Both the position numbers and the translations under genes were made by a program. A stretch of 64,000 nucleotides of DNA, from assembly GCA_963977015.1 (NCBI GenBank), contig CAXBMO010000018.1, positions 56,252 to 120,251 of the forward strand. Direction: 5' to 3'. This document shows, piece by piece, positions 19,975 to 30,418 of this stretch. Below the pieces are notes generated by a model, which did no database searches, was not told where the DNA came from, and worked only from the letters and a program-made list of their open reading frames with translations. Each line of letters starts with the position of its first letter. Within the stretch, counting starts at the first letter, position 1. The stretch is from an uncultured bacterium. Lineage in GTDB: Bacteria > Verrucomicrobiota > Verrucomicrobiia > Verrucomicrobiales > DEV007.

Positions 19975-22311
19975 TTAGGATCCCGATTCACAATCAATCA
20001 AGCGCTTGGCGCCTCGAATGATCAGCACCAGTTTCTCGCTCATTCCGGCCGGAAGACCGGCATCCTCATGAAGCACGCTAAGGCACAAATTGCCTTCGCT
20101 GTAGAAACTAATCACTCCGTGACTCGTATGAATCGTAAAGGCCTCACTCGTCTCAAAGCCCAGGTCGACAGCCAAGCCGGTAACCCGATCAAAAACGCGA
20201 CACATGGTCTCGGGCAATTTCTCCTTGGCACGCTCAAGAGGCACTTTTTCACCAAAGATTCGGCATTCGCTATCGAACAGAACACAGCCCTCGATTCCCG
20301 GTAAATTGGCAGCCAATTCCGCGATTCGCTGCGGGGTGAACTGATCTTCAGTCCCAAACACCGCCCGCAATTCCAGATCCCGAGCCGGCGCTTGAAAGTC
20401 CAAGCCACCGAACCCCATGGCTCCATTCGCAGATCTTGCTCCGGCAGAAACCTGCGGACGGGAGGCCACATTGCTGGTCTCTTCTGGCGCGACCACCGCA
20501 GCTTCACGCTCAACCTCGACGCTCTGTTCGGCGACAGGCTCGTCAAGTCCGTCAACATCAGGAACGAGATCTCCGCCCAAAACTTCAGCTTCGACCGGAG
20601 AAGGGCCTGAACTCTCCGTCACCATTTCTCCATACCCATCATCTGGCGATCCATCTTCCTCTTCTGCTGTCGGAATCTCAATTTCCATCGGCGCTCCCAG
20701 GGCATCAAATTCACCCAATCCCTCATCCTGCCCTGACGCGGCAACCGACTCCTCATCGAGCACAACTTCAGGAAAAGCTCCAATTTCTGATTCAACAGTA
20801 TCCGCCTCCGCATCAACTTCGTCGGTGAAAACTTCGTCCTCAGGAGCAGGAACAACCTCCGGCACCTTTTTGGTTTGCAAAAAGGCCTTCATCATTTCAG
20901 CCGACTCATCGGCATCTTCCTCAGCCCTCACCGGCTCCGACGGAGTCGCGATCACCTCAGCGACGGTGGTGACGGCATCCTGACGAGCCCCCTCGGAGAA
21001 CGGCGTCTCCATCGGTGGCGCATCAACCGGAGGCTTTGCCTGAGGCGGGCTCAAGGCATCCGCTGGAAGCTGTCGAAAAATGTCCTTCAACGGCAGCGCA
21101 ACCTGAAGATTGGGATTGGCCGCAGCCAAGAATGGCTTGGAAGGCTGATCCGCATATTGCATCAACTGCGCAACGGACAGACTGACTCTGCCTGATGAAA
21201 GCTGAGATTTCACCACCATGAGAGGAACCTTGATCCGTGCTGTCGGAGCAATAGACGCCGGCTCGATGCCCAAGGTGGAAGCATCCATCGGCATGAGAAG
21301 TTGAACCAACCCAAACAATAGAGCCGGTTCTCCAGTTGCCGTAACCGCCTTCTCAAGCTCCGGCTGAGGCTCGACCTCCAATTGCGGAGCAACCGCCTGA
21401 TCACCAACCGGTTTTTGAGGAGAAAGATCAAATCGTTCCGTAATTCCGCCACCAGGCGCACCCGGCCCTGGACCAAACGAGGAAGGAGGAATCGTCGATT
21501 TCACAGCCGCGACCGGCACTGAGACCACCCCATCAACAGGAGCCTCACCAACGGCAGCCGCACCCGGCTTGGGATTCGCCACTTGAAACGGAGAAGCCTT
21601 CACCTGGTTTGGAGGCATTGCATTAAAAGGGGATCCATTCGCGCCTTGAGAAGGAACGGGCGGCGGGGTCATTTTGGGGCCCACGGTGGTCGCGGGTGTG
21701 TTCACGACCATAAACGGGCTTTCCGAAGCTGCGTCCGGTTTCCCAACGGCGACAGCATTCGCTGATGGGACTGGAACTTCGGCTTTTTGAGATGCCGCAA
21801 TGGGAGCAAGTCGTTGCGGCAATTCAGGCTGCGCAACAGGAGCTTCCGCTGACGCTTCAACAGGCGTTTCCGGCATCGCCAATCGAATCGCAATATCGTT
21901 CGCTTCAGTAATCGGTTGCGAAAACAGATGTGGACAGGCGCTGTAGACCTTCCCCAGAGTTGTCGAGACAACCTGATTGATCGAGTCTTCTCCCGACGAA
22001 GGAATCTGCAAAGTGATCCGATGCTGCGGGGGAGCGACCGCTGAAAGAAGATGCGCAGGAATCGCCGCAACAAGCTCCTGGGCATCGAACGTAAGGGCTC
22101 GAACAGGCCCAGCCTCACTCACTTGAAACGGGGAAGGCATAACCGGAGAAACCCGACTTCCAACCGAACTCGGAGGCGCCGGGCTGAAAGGCAGCCCCCC
22201 GTGAGAATCAACCCCATTCCCTGAGAGGCTGCTTTGCGTTGCCGTTGGGACATCAGGATGAGGCAAGCCATCTTCAGTTTTGCCAAAAAGATTTCGGAAT
22301 GGGAAGGCCAT
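19975..22311 (-). CDS. Large disordered protein with two related globular domains and a C-terminal roadblock-like domain
   Basis: Pro-rich and acidic linkers. The C-terminus LPGIEGCVLFDSE…FTIHTSHGVISF…LSVLH has a roadblock/profilin-like pattern. Immediately upstream of mglA. Confidence 0.7.
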   Translation of the reverse strand: MAFPFRNLFGKTEDGLPHPDVPTATQSSLSGNGVDSHGGLPFSPAPPSSVGSRVSPVMPSPFQVSEAGPVRALTFDAQELVAAIPAHLLSAVAPPQHRITLQIPSSGEDSINQVVSTTLGKVYSACPHLFSQPITEANDIAIRLAMPETPVEASAEAPVAQPELPQRLAPIAASQKAEVPVPSANAVAVGKPDAASESPFMVVNTPATTVGPKMTPPPVPSQGANGSPFNAMPPNQVKASPFQVANPKPGAAAVGEAPVDGVVSVPVAAVKSTIPPSSFGPGPGAPGGGITERFDLSPQKPVGDQAVAPQLEVEPQPELEKAVTATGEPALLFGLVQLLMPMDASTLGIEPASIAPTARIKVPLMVVKSQLSSGRVSLSVAQLMQYADQPSKPFLAAANPNLQVALPLKDIFRQLPADALSPPQAKPPVDAPPMETPFSEGARQDAVTTVAEVIATPSEPVRAEEDADESAEMMKAFLQTKKVPEVVPAPEDEVFTDEVDAEADTVESEIGAFPEVVLDEESVAASGQDEGLGEFDALGAPMEIEIPTAEEEDGSPDDGYGEMVTESSGPSPVEAEVLGGDLVPDVDGLDEPVAEQSVEVEREAAVVAPEETSNVASRPQVSAGARSANGAMGFGGLDFQAPARDLELRAVFGTEDQFTPQRIAELAANLPGIEGCVLFDSECRIFGEKVPLERAKEKLPETMCRVFDRVTGLAVDLGFETSEAFTIHTSHGVISFYSEGNLCLSVLHEDAGLPAGMSEKLVLIIRGAKRLIDCESGS

Positions 22312-22532
22312 TGGGTTTGGGAATATTAATTTTGGGTCTCGCAAAAACGCAAAAAGGCGTTTGCTGACATTAGTATTAAGGAAATCCTAATTTTTACAAG
22401 TGCTTAATTGCAATGGCAGCTTTGTTAGGAAACTGGGCAAGCAGAAGCCCCCGATTATCAGCCTTTTACTACCCGAACTTTTTTTTGCGCCCGCCAGCCC
22501 CACGGTGTTCCCGCACCCTGAAGTCAAACCAC

Positions 22533-24128
22533 TTATCGCCGAACCCAGGACCGCGAAACCAATTGGTCGATGGTCAAATACGGACGTCCATTCTCAAATT
22601 CGTCCCATCGAAGCTGAACTTCACCAGCCAATGGATCTTCCTGCCAGGAGAGTTGCTCCACCATCCGTCGCCCGGCATCCGAATCTTTTGCCACGAATGC
22701 ATAACGCGTGAACCCAGGATAAGGCGGATCGATCTTGTAGCAGACCAAGTTCTCAACGTCCGGAATCTGATCACGGTCGGACTCCCAATACGTCACGCGC
22801 TGAATGACGACGCGGAATGCTTGCGAGGTCTGATCACGCTCCTCAATAAACTCCTGAAAGTGGCGATCCTTGAATTCGACAAAGAGATCCCAATCCAATC
22901 CCAGGGTTTGGTTTTCTTCCACCACGATCACCGGAAAACCATCTTGCTGATTGGAAAACGTGAGAAAGAAAACATAAACCTTTCGCCCGCCGGGCCGGGG
23001 CTCGGTGTGAAAGTAGTCCAAGCGATAGTCCAAAAACGGAAGATCCACGTGGTTGGCATAATACTCAGCAACCTCTGCTCTCTGCTCATTGCCCTTGTGA
23101 ATATAGGGAAGACGCGCCTCCCAGTTCTCACCTTCCAAAAATCCACGAATCGCCCGTCGCGCCGGTTCCAGAATGGCATTCTGGTTGGCTTTCAACAGCG
23201 AGACTTTTTCATCAGCGGGCGCGGCAACCACTGCGGCATCACTCCCGGAGACAGGCCGCAACGGCTCATCGACTGGCGGCTCTTCCTCGACCGAGGCAGG
23301 CTTGGCTTCCGCGAGTTCCGTGGGCCGTTTGTCAGGAACGGGCTCAGAAACAGGTTCAGGTTCAGCCGGAACTGTTTCGGAAACGCCCTCTTCGTGAGCA
23401 GGCTCAACCGCAATGTCAGGCGCGGTGGCAGGAGACATCACTTCTTCAGGAGCCGTTTGATAATCCAAGTCAGCTCCGCTTGAAGGCTCATTTGCCTGAA
23501 TCTCAGGCGGATTGAGTCCGAGCAAATCTCGACTCCAAACCACATAACTCATCAATCCAATAATGGCGGCAGCCAGAGCGATCCATCCCAACGGCGAAGA
23601 ACTCCCAGCCTTGGTCTTTGCCTTGCTGTAGGAAGGCAGGGGATCCACCACTCCGGGAGACGGCAGTTGTTCGGCCGTCTGCGGCACGCCCAAATCACCA
23701 CGCTGAGCAGGCGGGTTCGCAAGCGGAGGAAGCCCCGATGGCAGCGGAGGCATTCCCGGATTTGCAGAAGGAGCCGCAACTGGCGGAGTGGGATTTTCCG
23801 GTTGTGGGCCAGGATTCCCCACCAATCCTCCAACCCGGTTCGGAGTTGAAACCGGGCTTACCGGTGCAGGCTGGGGATCAGGAATCGGGACGGGGACGCG
23901 ATCGGATTCAGGAGACGGCTGCACGGGTGATGGAGCCGGGCTTGGGGGAGCAACGGCGGCGGGAAACGGACTGACCGAATGATAAACCTGCGGCGCCTGA
24001 GGAGCAGTGATCGTCTCCCCACACGACGGACATGGCCCCGTTTCGCCGGCCAGCTCCCGGCTAACCTGCAGCGTAATTCCGCATGATGAACAGGAAAAGT
24101 TCAATATGTCCTGATTTGCAGGGTGCAT
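22533..24128 (-). CDS. Zinc-ribbon, Pro-rich bitopic membrane protein with a C-terminal extracytoplasmic domain
   Basis: N-terminal CSSC-x16-CPSC, Pro-rich linker, one TM helix (WIALAAAIIGLMSYVVW), acidic linker, globular C-terminus. Confidence 0.8.
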   Translation of the reverse strand: MHPANQDILNFSCSSCGITLQVSRELAGETGPCPSCGETITAPQAPQVYHSVSPFPAAVAPPSPAPSPVQPSPESDRVPVPIPDPQPAPVSPVSTPNRVGGLVGNPGPQPENPTPPVAAPSANPGMPPLPSGLPPLANPPAQRGDLGVPQTAEQLPSPGVVDPLPSYSKAKTKAGSSSPLGWIALAAAIIGLMSYVVWSRDLLGLNPPEIQANEPSSGADLDYQTAPEEVMSPATAPDIAVEPAHEEGVSETVPAEPEPVSEPVPDKRPTELAEAKPASVEEEPPVDEPLRPVSGSDAAVVAAPADEKVSLLKANQNAILEPARRAIRGFLEGENWEARLPYIHKGNEQRAEVAEYYANHVDLPFLDYRLDYFHTEPRPGGRKVYVFFLTFSNQQDGFPVIVVEENQTLGLDWDLFVEFKDRHFQEFIEERDQTSQAFRVVIQRVTYWESDRDQIPDVENLVCYKIDPPYPGFTRYAFVAKDSDAGRRMVEQLSWQEDPLAGEVQLRWDEFENGRPYLTIDQLVSRSWVRR

Positions 24129-24378
24129 CGATTTGGCGTGGGGTGGTGGGATTAATCGTTCAGGGCGAGATTGCGGTCTCTCAGTGCTTCGAGGGCATCA
24201 ATAATCAGTTAACTCTAACTAAATATTCGCGTCAAGTAGTACCTTGTTAGGGCCTGACTGGTCCAAAAACATCGCGTTTTTGACCCCTTTTTGCTCGGAA
24301 ACCTTCAGCAACATGGTTAACATCTTTCTGATCATTGTTGTTTTTTCCCTCCCCTCAACACCTACAAACACTACTTCC

Positions 24379-24636
24379 ATGAAATTGAAACGCTCAACCC
24401 TCCAACTCTTGGCGGTCGTTTTGGCTGCAATTACGCTGTCTTCATGTCAGTCCTACAGCTACGCTCATCGCGGAGCCGTCAACGGCGCACTTCTCGGTGC
24501 GGGACTCGGTGCTCTCATCGGTTCCGGCGGCGGAAACGCAGGCAAAGGTGCCTTGATCGGCGGACTCGCGGGCTCCCTCGGTGGCGCCGTGATTGGCAAC
24601 CGCAAAGATGGTTACTACTACCGCGGCTACCGCTAA
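24379..24636 (+). CDS. Glycine-zipper lipoprotein
   Basis: Lipobox LSSC and GALLGAGLGALIG…GALIGGLAG zipper. Confidence 0.85.
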   Translation: MKLKRSTLQLLAVVLAAITLSSCQSYSYAHRGAVNGALLGAGLGALIGSGGGNAGKGALIGGLAGSLGGAVIGNRKDGYYYRGYR

Positions 24637-25205
24637 GCTTCCGGCTCGCGAAATTTGGTTGAAATAGTCACGGTGCGACTCATTAGATCGTGCCATCCTC
24701 GATTTCTCGGATCGATCAGGATCCAGAGGAAGCCGATTCCCAATGGCAATCCAATGAACCAGGCCATGATGCCTTCCGGCATGGTCCCGATCAGAAGTTG
24801 GCTCTCCATTCCCGGCCAAATCAGCTTGAACGGGATAATGGGCAACATCGCGACCACGTATCCCAAATAGCGGACAATCAGTCTCCCCCAACTCGGCCGT
24901 CCTCCTGTTTTCGAGTCCACGATTTTCAACTCGAAAATCCGCTTTCCCGGCGTCGTTTGCCAGTGGTGCCACATCGCGACGACGAGCGCAATCAAAGCCA
25001 GGTCGATCGGGATTTCAATCCACCACGGGATGCTCAAATCCCCTGTCCCACCTTGATTCAGGACCCGCATTGAAAGCGGAACCAACGCGGCACACGCCAC
25101 CATCATCACAATCGCCAGGTCGATCGAGTGGGCGATCAGGCGAATCCAGAAATTTGCCCCTTTGACCAGCGGCGGTTCTTCGGATTTTGATTCAGCGGCA
25201 TCCAT
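24633..25205 (-). CDS. RDD family membrane protein
   Basis: FWIRLIAHSID…TPGKRIF…RGWHDLMSRT. Confidence 0.88.
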   Translation of the reverse strand: MDAAESKSEEPPLVKGANFWIRLIAHSIDLAIVMMVACAALVPLSMRVLNQGGTGDLSIPWWIEIPIDLALIALVVAMWHHWQTTPGKRIFELKIVDSKTGGRPSWGRLIVRYLGYVVAMLPIIPFKLIWPGMESQLLIGTMPEGIMAWFIGLPLGIGFLWILIDPRNRGWHDLMSRTVTISTKFREPEA

Positions 25206-25269
25206 CCTCTCTCACCTACACAGGCCCATTCCGCGTTGCAAACTCGGTTTGTCGCGAAACAGTGAAGTC

Positions 25270-26073
25270 ATGACGGATGACCCCTTTGGCGTTGCGGACA
25301 AAACCTATGTGATCATTGGCGGGACAACGGGTCTGGGGCTGAGCGCCGCCAAAGCTCTCGCGAAGAACCGCGCCAACCTGGTCATCGTCGGTCGCTCCGA
25401 AGCGAATCTGGAATCCGCGCTCAACGATTTGGGCAAATCAGCCCGCGGAGAATCCGGCGATGCGACCCATCCGGAAACCGCGGCTCGTGCCATCGCCAAA
25501 GCCGTCGCCGAATTTGGCAAACTCGATGGCCTTTACCACGTTGCCGGCGGCTCGGGTCGCTCGAAAGGCGATGGCCCGCTTCACGAATTGACCGACGAAG
25601 GCTGGCAATTCACCTGCGATCTCAACCTCAGCTCGCTCATCTACGCGAACCGCGCCGCGATTCGCCAATTCCGCGCCCAAAACTCCGGCGGCGTCGTTCT
25701 CAACATGGGAAGCGTGCTGGGCAACTCCCCTTCCCCATCCTATTTTGCCTCCCACGGTTACGCCGCGACCAAATCGGCGATTCTCGGCTTCTCCAAATCG
25801 ATCGCCGCCTACTACGCGCCCCAGAATATTCGCGTCAACGTCATCACCCCCGCGCTCGTCGCCACACCGATGTCGGAACGCGCCCAAGGCAATCGCGAAA
25901 TTCTCGACTTCGTCAAAACCAAGCAACCTCTCGATGGTGGGCGCATCGGCATTCCCGAAGATCTCGACGAAGCCGTGCTCTTTCTGCTCGGCGAACACTC
26001 CAACTTTGTCACCGGCCAGGTCCTCGCCGTTGATGGCGGCTGGACAGTCTCCGAAGGCCAGATCCCGACCTGA
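25270..26073 (+). CDS. SDR-family NAD(P)-dependent oxidoreductase
   Basis: IIGGTTGLG, catalytic YAATK, and VTGQVLAVDGG. Confidence 0.92.
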   Translation: MTDDPFGVADKTYVIIGGTTGLGLSAAKALAKNRANLVIVGRSEANLESALNDLGKSARGESGDATHPETAARAIAKAVAEFGKLDGLYHVAGGSGRSKGDGPLHELTDEGWQFTCDLNLSSLIYANRAAIRQFRAQNSGGVVLNMGSVLGNSPSPSYFASHGYAATKSAILGFSKSIAAYYAPQNIRVNVITPALVATPMSERAQGNREILDFVKTKQPLDGGRIGIPEDLDEAVLFLLGEHSNFVTGQVLAVDGGWTVSEGQIPT

Positions 26074-26076
26074 ACC

Positions 26077-27210
26077 TCAGTCCCGCGCCGGCCAGAGCCG
26101 TTCCTCCTGCGGAATACTGATGAGCGGCCAACGCTCCGGCAAAATCCGCACAATCCGGCCCGGGCGAAAGCCTTCCAGCAGCAATTCGGGTTGAAAGTCG
26201 ATCTGCACGCCGCTGCTTCCCGGCACGTTCGGCACCTCCCGCATCTCCAACAGCGGCCCCCGTTTCCGGTCATTCACCTGATCGTAGCTGCGCAGGCTGG
26301 GCTCGGCGACCAGGGCGGTTACCGACGCCCCCTTGTTGAAGTCTTCGAACAACTTGGGATCCACCTGATCGAAAAACGTCACCGTGACCACGCGATTCGG
26401 ATTATCAACCGCATCGACCCATCCCGCGAAACCACGCTCCTTCAAGTGTTGCTCGTAGGTCGCGGCCATCCGCGCCTTCGCTCCGGCCTGACTTTCCGCA
26501 TCCAACCAAATGTCAATACAGCGGCCCGGACCATACAACGTTGCCCACGTCAAATTCACCTGGATGCGCTGCCCCGCCGCCAAATCCGCCAGCGTCCCGA
26601 ATCCGTTCCCCTTCCAAATCCGCGCCGAGGGCAACAGATCGAATTCCGTCGCTTTCTCATCGGCCACATCCCCCTTCATCCCCGTCACGGTCAGCTTGCC
26701 TTCCTCCAGGTTCACCACATCGACTCGCCAATCCCGGCCCTGCCGGATCTGATAACTGAAGTCGTCTTCCAACCGAAAGCACCTTGTGAAGTTCGCCTCG
26801 ATACTGGCGCGATTGTGAAACACGGTTCGCACTTCCTCATCGGGCCCCTTCTCGTAAAACCAGCCGTGCAGGTGCGTCCCAATCGGCACCTGGCGCAGTT
26901 CCGCCGGTGATCCGTGGAGCCAAATCGCGCCATAGGGCAACATCTTGAAATCGACCGGCAGATCCCAGTGACTGCGTCGTTGTTGGTCGGTCCGATCCAC
27001 CCGCAACGTCCCTTTGCGATTCACCGGATCGATCCCGATCAGCTCCCCCGAAAAGTAATGGGCGGAACCTTCCGGCGGAAATTCGCCGTCGACGATCTGG
27101 AACCAAGGCAGCGAGTCATCCGTGCTCGCATCGGTCCGAAAGGCAGGCGCGTCTTGCGCGAAAGCCGCGCCAACCAACCCCAACAGGGTGATTCCAATCC
27201 TCTCGATCAT
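26077..27210 (-). CDS. Secreted hypothetical protein with repeated small beta domains
   Basis: Signal peptide [22 protein letters not shown]-coupled to the DUF1552 gene. Confidence 0.75.
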   Translation of the reverse strand: MIERIGITLLGLVGAAFAQDAPAFRTDASTDDSLPWFQIVDGEFPPEGSAHYFSGELIGIDPVNRKGTLRVDRTDQQRRSHWDLPVDFKMLPYGAIWLHGSPAELRQVPIGTHLHGWFYEKGPDEEVRTVFHNRASIEANFTRCFRLEDDFSYQIRQGRDWRVDVVNLEEGKLTVTGMKGDVADEKATEFDLLPSARIWKGNGFGTLADLAAGQRIQVNLTWATLYGPGRCIDIWLDAESQAGAKARMAATYEQHLKERGFAGWVDAVDNPNRVVTVTFFDQVDPKLFEDFNKGASVTALVAEPSLRSYDQVNDRKRGPLLEMREVPNVPGSSGVQIDFQPELLLEGFRPGRIVRILPERWPLISIPQEERLWPARD

Positions 27211-28586
27211 GCGACTACCTGCGAAATCGTCTTCAGACTGTCCTGGAACGTGTCCGTCTCGACATCCATCCGCTGCAACATCGTCAACAGCAGATTGCTG
27301 AGATGCGCATCGCCATCGACCGGCCGCGAACAAACGCCGTAATGCCCCTTCGCGTTACTCAGATCATATTTCTCAATCTTCGGCAGGTTGTAATCGACGT
27401 GCTCGCCATGCTTCAAACCAAGCGATTTGCCACCCGCCAACACGATCGGCAAATTCGCGTTTCCGTGACTGTGGCCATACGCCATCCCGCTCCCAAAGAG
27501 AAGCTGGGTTCGATCGAGCAGATTCTCGCCATCCTCGCTCACCGCCTTCAACTGATCGAGCAGATAGGCAAATTGCTCCGTCAGAAACGCATCGCACTGA
27601 CTTAGGCGCCGCAATTGCTCGGGATCGCCGTTGTGGTGGGAAAGCTCATGGCGCGATTGCGCGACGCCGATTTCCGGGATCGGCAGCCCGTTGCTCTCGC
27701 TTCCACTCATGCAGGTAATCACCCGCGTCATGTCGGTTCGCAACGCCAACACCATCAAATCATACATCGTGCGGTAATAATCGCCCGCTTCCGAAGTCGG
27801 GATGTTCCGCGTCAACTTCGCCTTCGTCGCCGGATCGACCTTCGGCTTCGGAATGTCGAGCCACGCATCGGCCCGCTCCGTGCGAACCTCCACCTCGCGC
27901 ACGGAATGCAGATACTCATCCAGCTTCACGCGATCCTCCGTCCCCATCTGCTTGCGCAATCCGCGCGCATCATCCAACACCACATCCAAGACGCTCGCCC
28001 GCCGATTCAACTTCCGTCGCGCCACCTCCACGCCACCTTTCTCCTCGCCAAACAACCGATTGAAAATACTGCTGGGGCGCCGCTCGGCCGGAAGCTGGAT
28101 TCCATCGCGCGACCAGGCCAGACTTCCGCCCGTCACCGCCATTTCCAGTGACGAAAACCGCGTGTGCTCACAGGTTCGCTCCGCCATCAACTGATCGACC
28201 GAAACCGTGTTGCGAAACGCCCCGCCCGTCTGGCTCGCCGACGCTCCCGTCAGCCAAATCTTATCGCACTCATGCGCCTGACCAATCCCGCCCGGATGAT
28301 ACAACCCGCTGATTGGAGAAACCGCATCGCGATGCCGCTCCAACGCCTGCATCGGCTCGCTGAACTGATACCCCTTCCCGGCTTGCTGGATCTGCCACGT
28401 CAGCACGTTCACTCCGTTCGGCACGTAGATGAACACGCTACGCTTCGGGATCGAGGGAGCGGCAGTCGCTGCCCGTGCGCGAGCCGGTTTCATGCACTCC
28501 AAAAGGGGCAGCGCGATCGTCGCCCCAATCCCGCGCAAAACATGGCGGCGATTCAGGAGCCATTTGTTGGTCTGGATGTTACTCAT
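27207..28586 (-). CDS. DUF1552 domain protein
   Basis: Tat-like [33 protein letters not shown], and GSGM…H…NLP. Confidence 0.9.
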   Translation of the reverse strand: MSNIQTNKWLLNRRHVLRGIGATIALPLLECMKPARARAATAAPSIPKRSVFIYVPNGVNVLTWQIQQAGKGYQFSEPMQALERHRDAVSPISGLYHPGGIGQAHECDKIWLTGASASQTGGAFRNTVSVDQLMAERTCEHTRFSSLEMAVTGGSLAWSRDGIQLPAERRPSSIFNRLFGEEKGGVEVARRKLNRRASVLDVVLDDARGLRKQMGTEDRVKLDEYLHSVREVEVRTERADAWLDIPKPKVDPATKAKLTRNIPTSEAGDYYRTMYDLMVLALRTDMTRVITCMSGSESNGLPIPEIGVAQSRHELSHHNGDPEQLRRLSQCDAFLTEQFAYLLDQLKAVSEDGENLLDRTQLLFGSGMAYGHSHGNANLPIVLAGGKSLGLKHGEHVDYNLPKIEKYDLSNAKGHYGVCSRPVDGDAHLSNLLLTMLQRMDVETDTFQDSLKTISQVVA

Positions 28587-28720
28587 CAGGTCTCCGAAAA
28601 CACGAGACACTTCGGGTCCATGTTTCAGGGAGTTCGGCAATTATTGCCAACGACCGAGCAAGTTGGACAACATTGCCCCCACCTCGGCCCACATTGGTCC
28701 CGGCTTTCGTCAATCGGCGG

Positions 28721-30412
28721 CTATCGGTTCGTCCCCAAAAGGGCTCGCAATGCAGCGGCGAGGCGACGCCCCACCTGGAGCTCCTCATTGACGACGACCG
28801 TGGCTCCAGCCTGCTCCAAATCCGATGAGAAGGCGTGATAACGCGACCGGGCGACAATGTGGACGTCCGGAGCAAGGTGCCGAACCGCCTGCACGATCCG
28901 TACAATGGATTTGTGATCGGGGATCGAGATGACGACGGACTTGGCATTGGCGACACCGTGGTGAATCAACACTTCGGGGTTCGTGGCATCACCGATCGCA
29001 GCCTCGAGGCCCATGGATCGCGCCAGCTCGATATTCGGCGGGCGGAGATCGATGACCAGAGCGTTGATCGAACTCCGCAAGAGCTCTTCCCCCGCCTGAA
29101 CCCCCGCCGGACCAAATCCGACGACGATAACGTGATTGGTAAGATTGCTCGCTTTGGCCTCCTCGGTTCTGGATTTCTCCGTATTTGAAGCCGAATTGGG
29201 GTGGAGCAGGCCAGCCAATTTCTCGCCGACCGGAAGCGCGATGCGCACCAGGAACGGCGTTAGGAACAGCGAAATAAGGGTCGCAGAAACGAGCAGTTTG
29301 AGCAGGGATTCCTCAATCAACCCGCCGGATTGGCCGATCCCGGCAATCACCACGCCGAACTCCCCGATTTGGCTAAGCGTAATGCCCGTGGCAATCGCAT
29401 GCGCCAGTGGAATGCGGAAGCAACGCGCGACCAACGTGACAAGGAGACCTTTGCCCAGCAAAACGAGCAACACGATGCCTCCAACCATTGGGATGTTTTC
29501 CGCGATCCAACCCGGATCGCCAAGCATTCCAACCGAGGCGAAAAAGAGCGTCACGAACAATGCGCGCAACGCGGAAACATCGGCTCGAACCTGGGTCGCG
29601 TAGGGCGATTCCGCCAGCATGATTCCCGCGATGAAGGCACCAAGCGCTGGCGACAATTTCAGGGAGTGGGCCGCGCAAGCCGATCCCAGCGCCAACACGA
29701 CGGCGAGGAGGATCAACAGCTCACGGTCGCGCGTGAGGTTCACTGCTTTCAACAGCCGTGGCAGAAACTGGTTTGAGATCCACCAAAACGCCGCCACCAG
29801 AACGAGGATGAGTCCAATCGCTTTCCCGAGCCCAACGACCATGCTGAGCGGACCTCCGGCCCCGGCGAGCATGGTGACGAGGAGGACCAGCGGAACGACG
29901 GCAACGTCCTGAAGCAGTAAAATCCCGAGCGACGCACGGCCATGGATCGAATCCAGCTCCGACCGATCATTCAAAATCCGCAACACGCAGGCCGTCGACG
30001 ATAGCGCTACGACGGCACCGACGGCCACGGCGGTGCTCATGTGTAATCCGGCGAGGAGAGCCACCAGCGCCCCCATCAGCAAGGTGAGGCCAACTTGCGC
30101 CGAACCGCCTCCACCTGCGATCGACCCGAGCCGAAGCAGACGCTTCAAGGAGAACTCCAGTCCGATCGTGAAGAGGAGCAACGAAACCCCCAATTCCGCA
30201 ACAATCGGCACCCCGCTCTCGGCATGAACGACATTCAGCGCATTTGGCCCCAACAGCGTTCCCGCAAGCAGATAGCCGAGAATCGCGGATTGCTTGAGCC
30301 GTTCGAAGAGCACACCGAAAAGAAGCGCAGCGCCGAGCAGGATGACAACCTGAAGCAGGACCGACCAAACCTGAAAGGTCCCCTCCCCCTGCATGGAAAT
30401 TCCCAGCATCAT
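28721..30412 (-). CDS. CPA2 cation:proton antiporter with TrkA-N (Kef-type)
   Basis: LLLFTIGLE, LSSTA, QD, SQIGEF, and C-terminal VVGFGPAG. Confidence 0.9.
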   Translation of the reverse strand: MMLGISMQGEGTFQVWSVLLQVVILLGAALLFGVLFERLKQSAILGYLLAGTLLGPNALNVVHAESGVPIVAELGVSLLLFTIGLEFSLKRLLRLGSIAGGGGSAQVGLTLLMGALVALLAGLHMSTAVAVGAVVALSSTACVLRILNDRSELDSIHGRASLGILLLQDVAVVPLVLLVTMLAGAGGPLSMVVGLGKAIGLILVLVAAFWWISNQFLPRLLKAVNLTRDRELLILLAVVLALGSACAAHSLKLSPALGAFIAGIMLAESPYATQVRADVSALRALFVTLFFASVGMLGDPGWIAENIPMVGGIVLLVLLGKGLLVTLVARCFRIPLAHAIATGITLSQIGEFGVVIAGIGQSGGLIEESLLKLLVSATLISLFLTPFLVRIALPVGEKLAGLLHPNSASNTEKSRTEEAKASNLTNHVIVVGFGPAGVQAGEELLRSSINALVIDLRPPNIELARSMGLEAAIGDATNPEVLIHHGVANAKSVVISIPDHKSIVRIVQAVRHLAPDVHIVARSRYHAFSSDLEQAGATVVVNEELQVGRRLAAALRALLGTNR

Positions 30413-30418
30413 TGCAAC

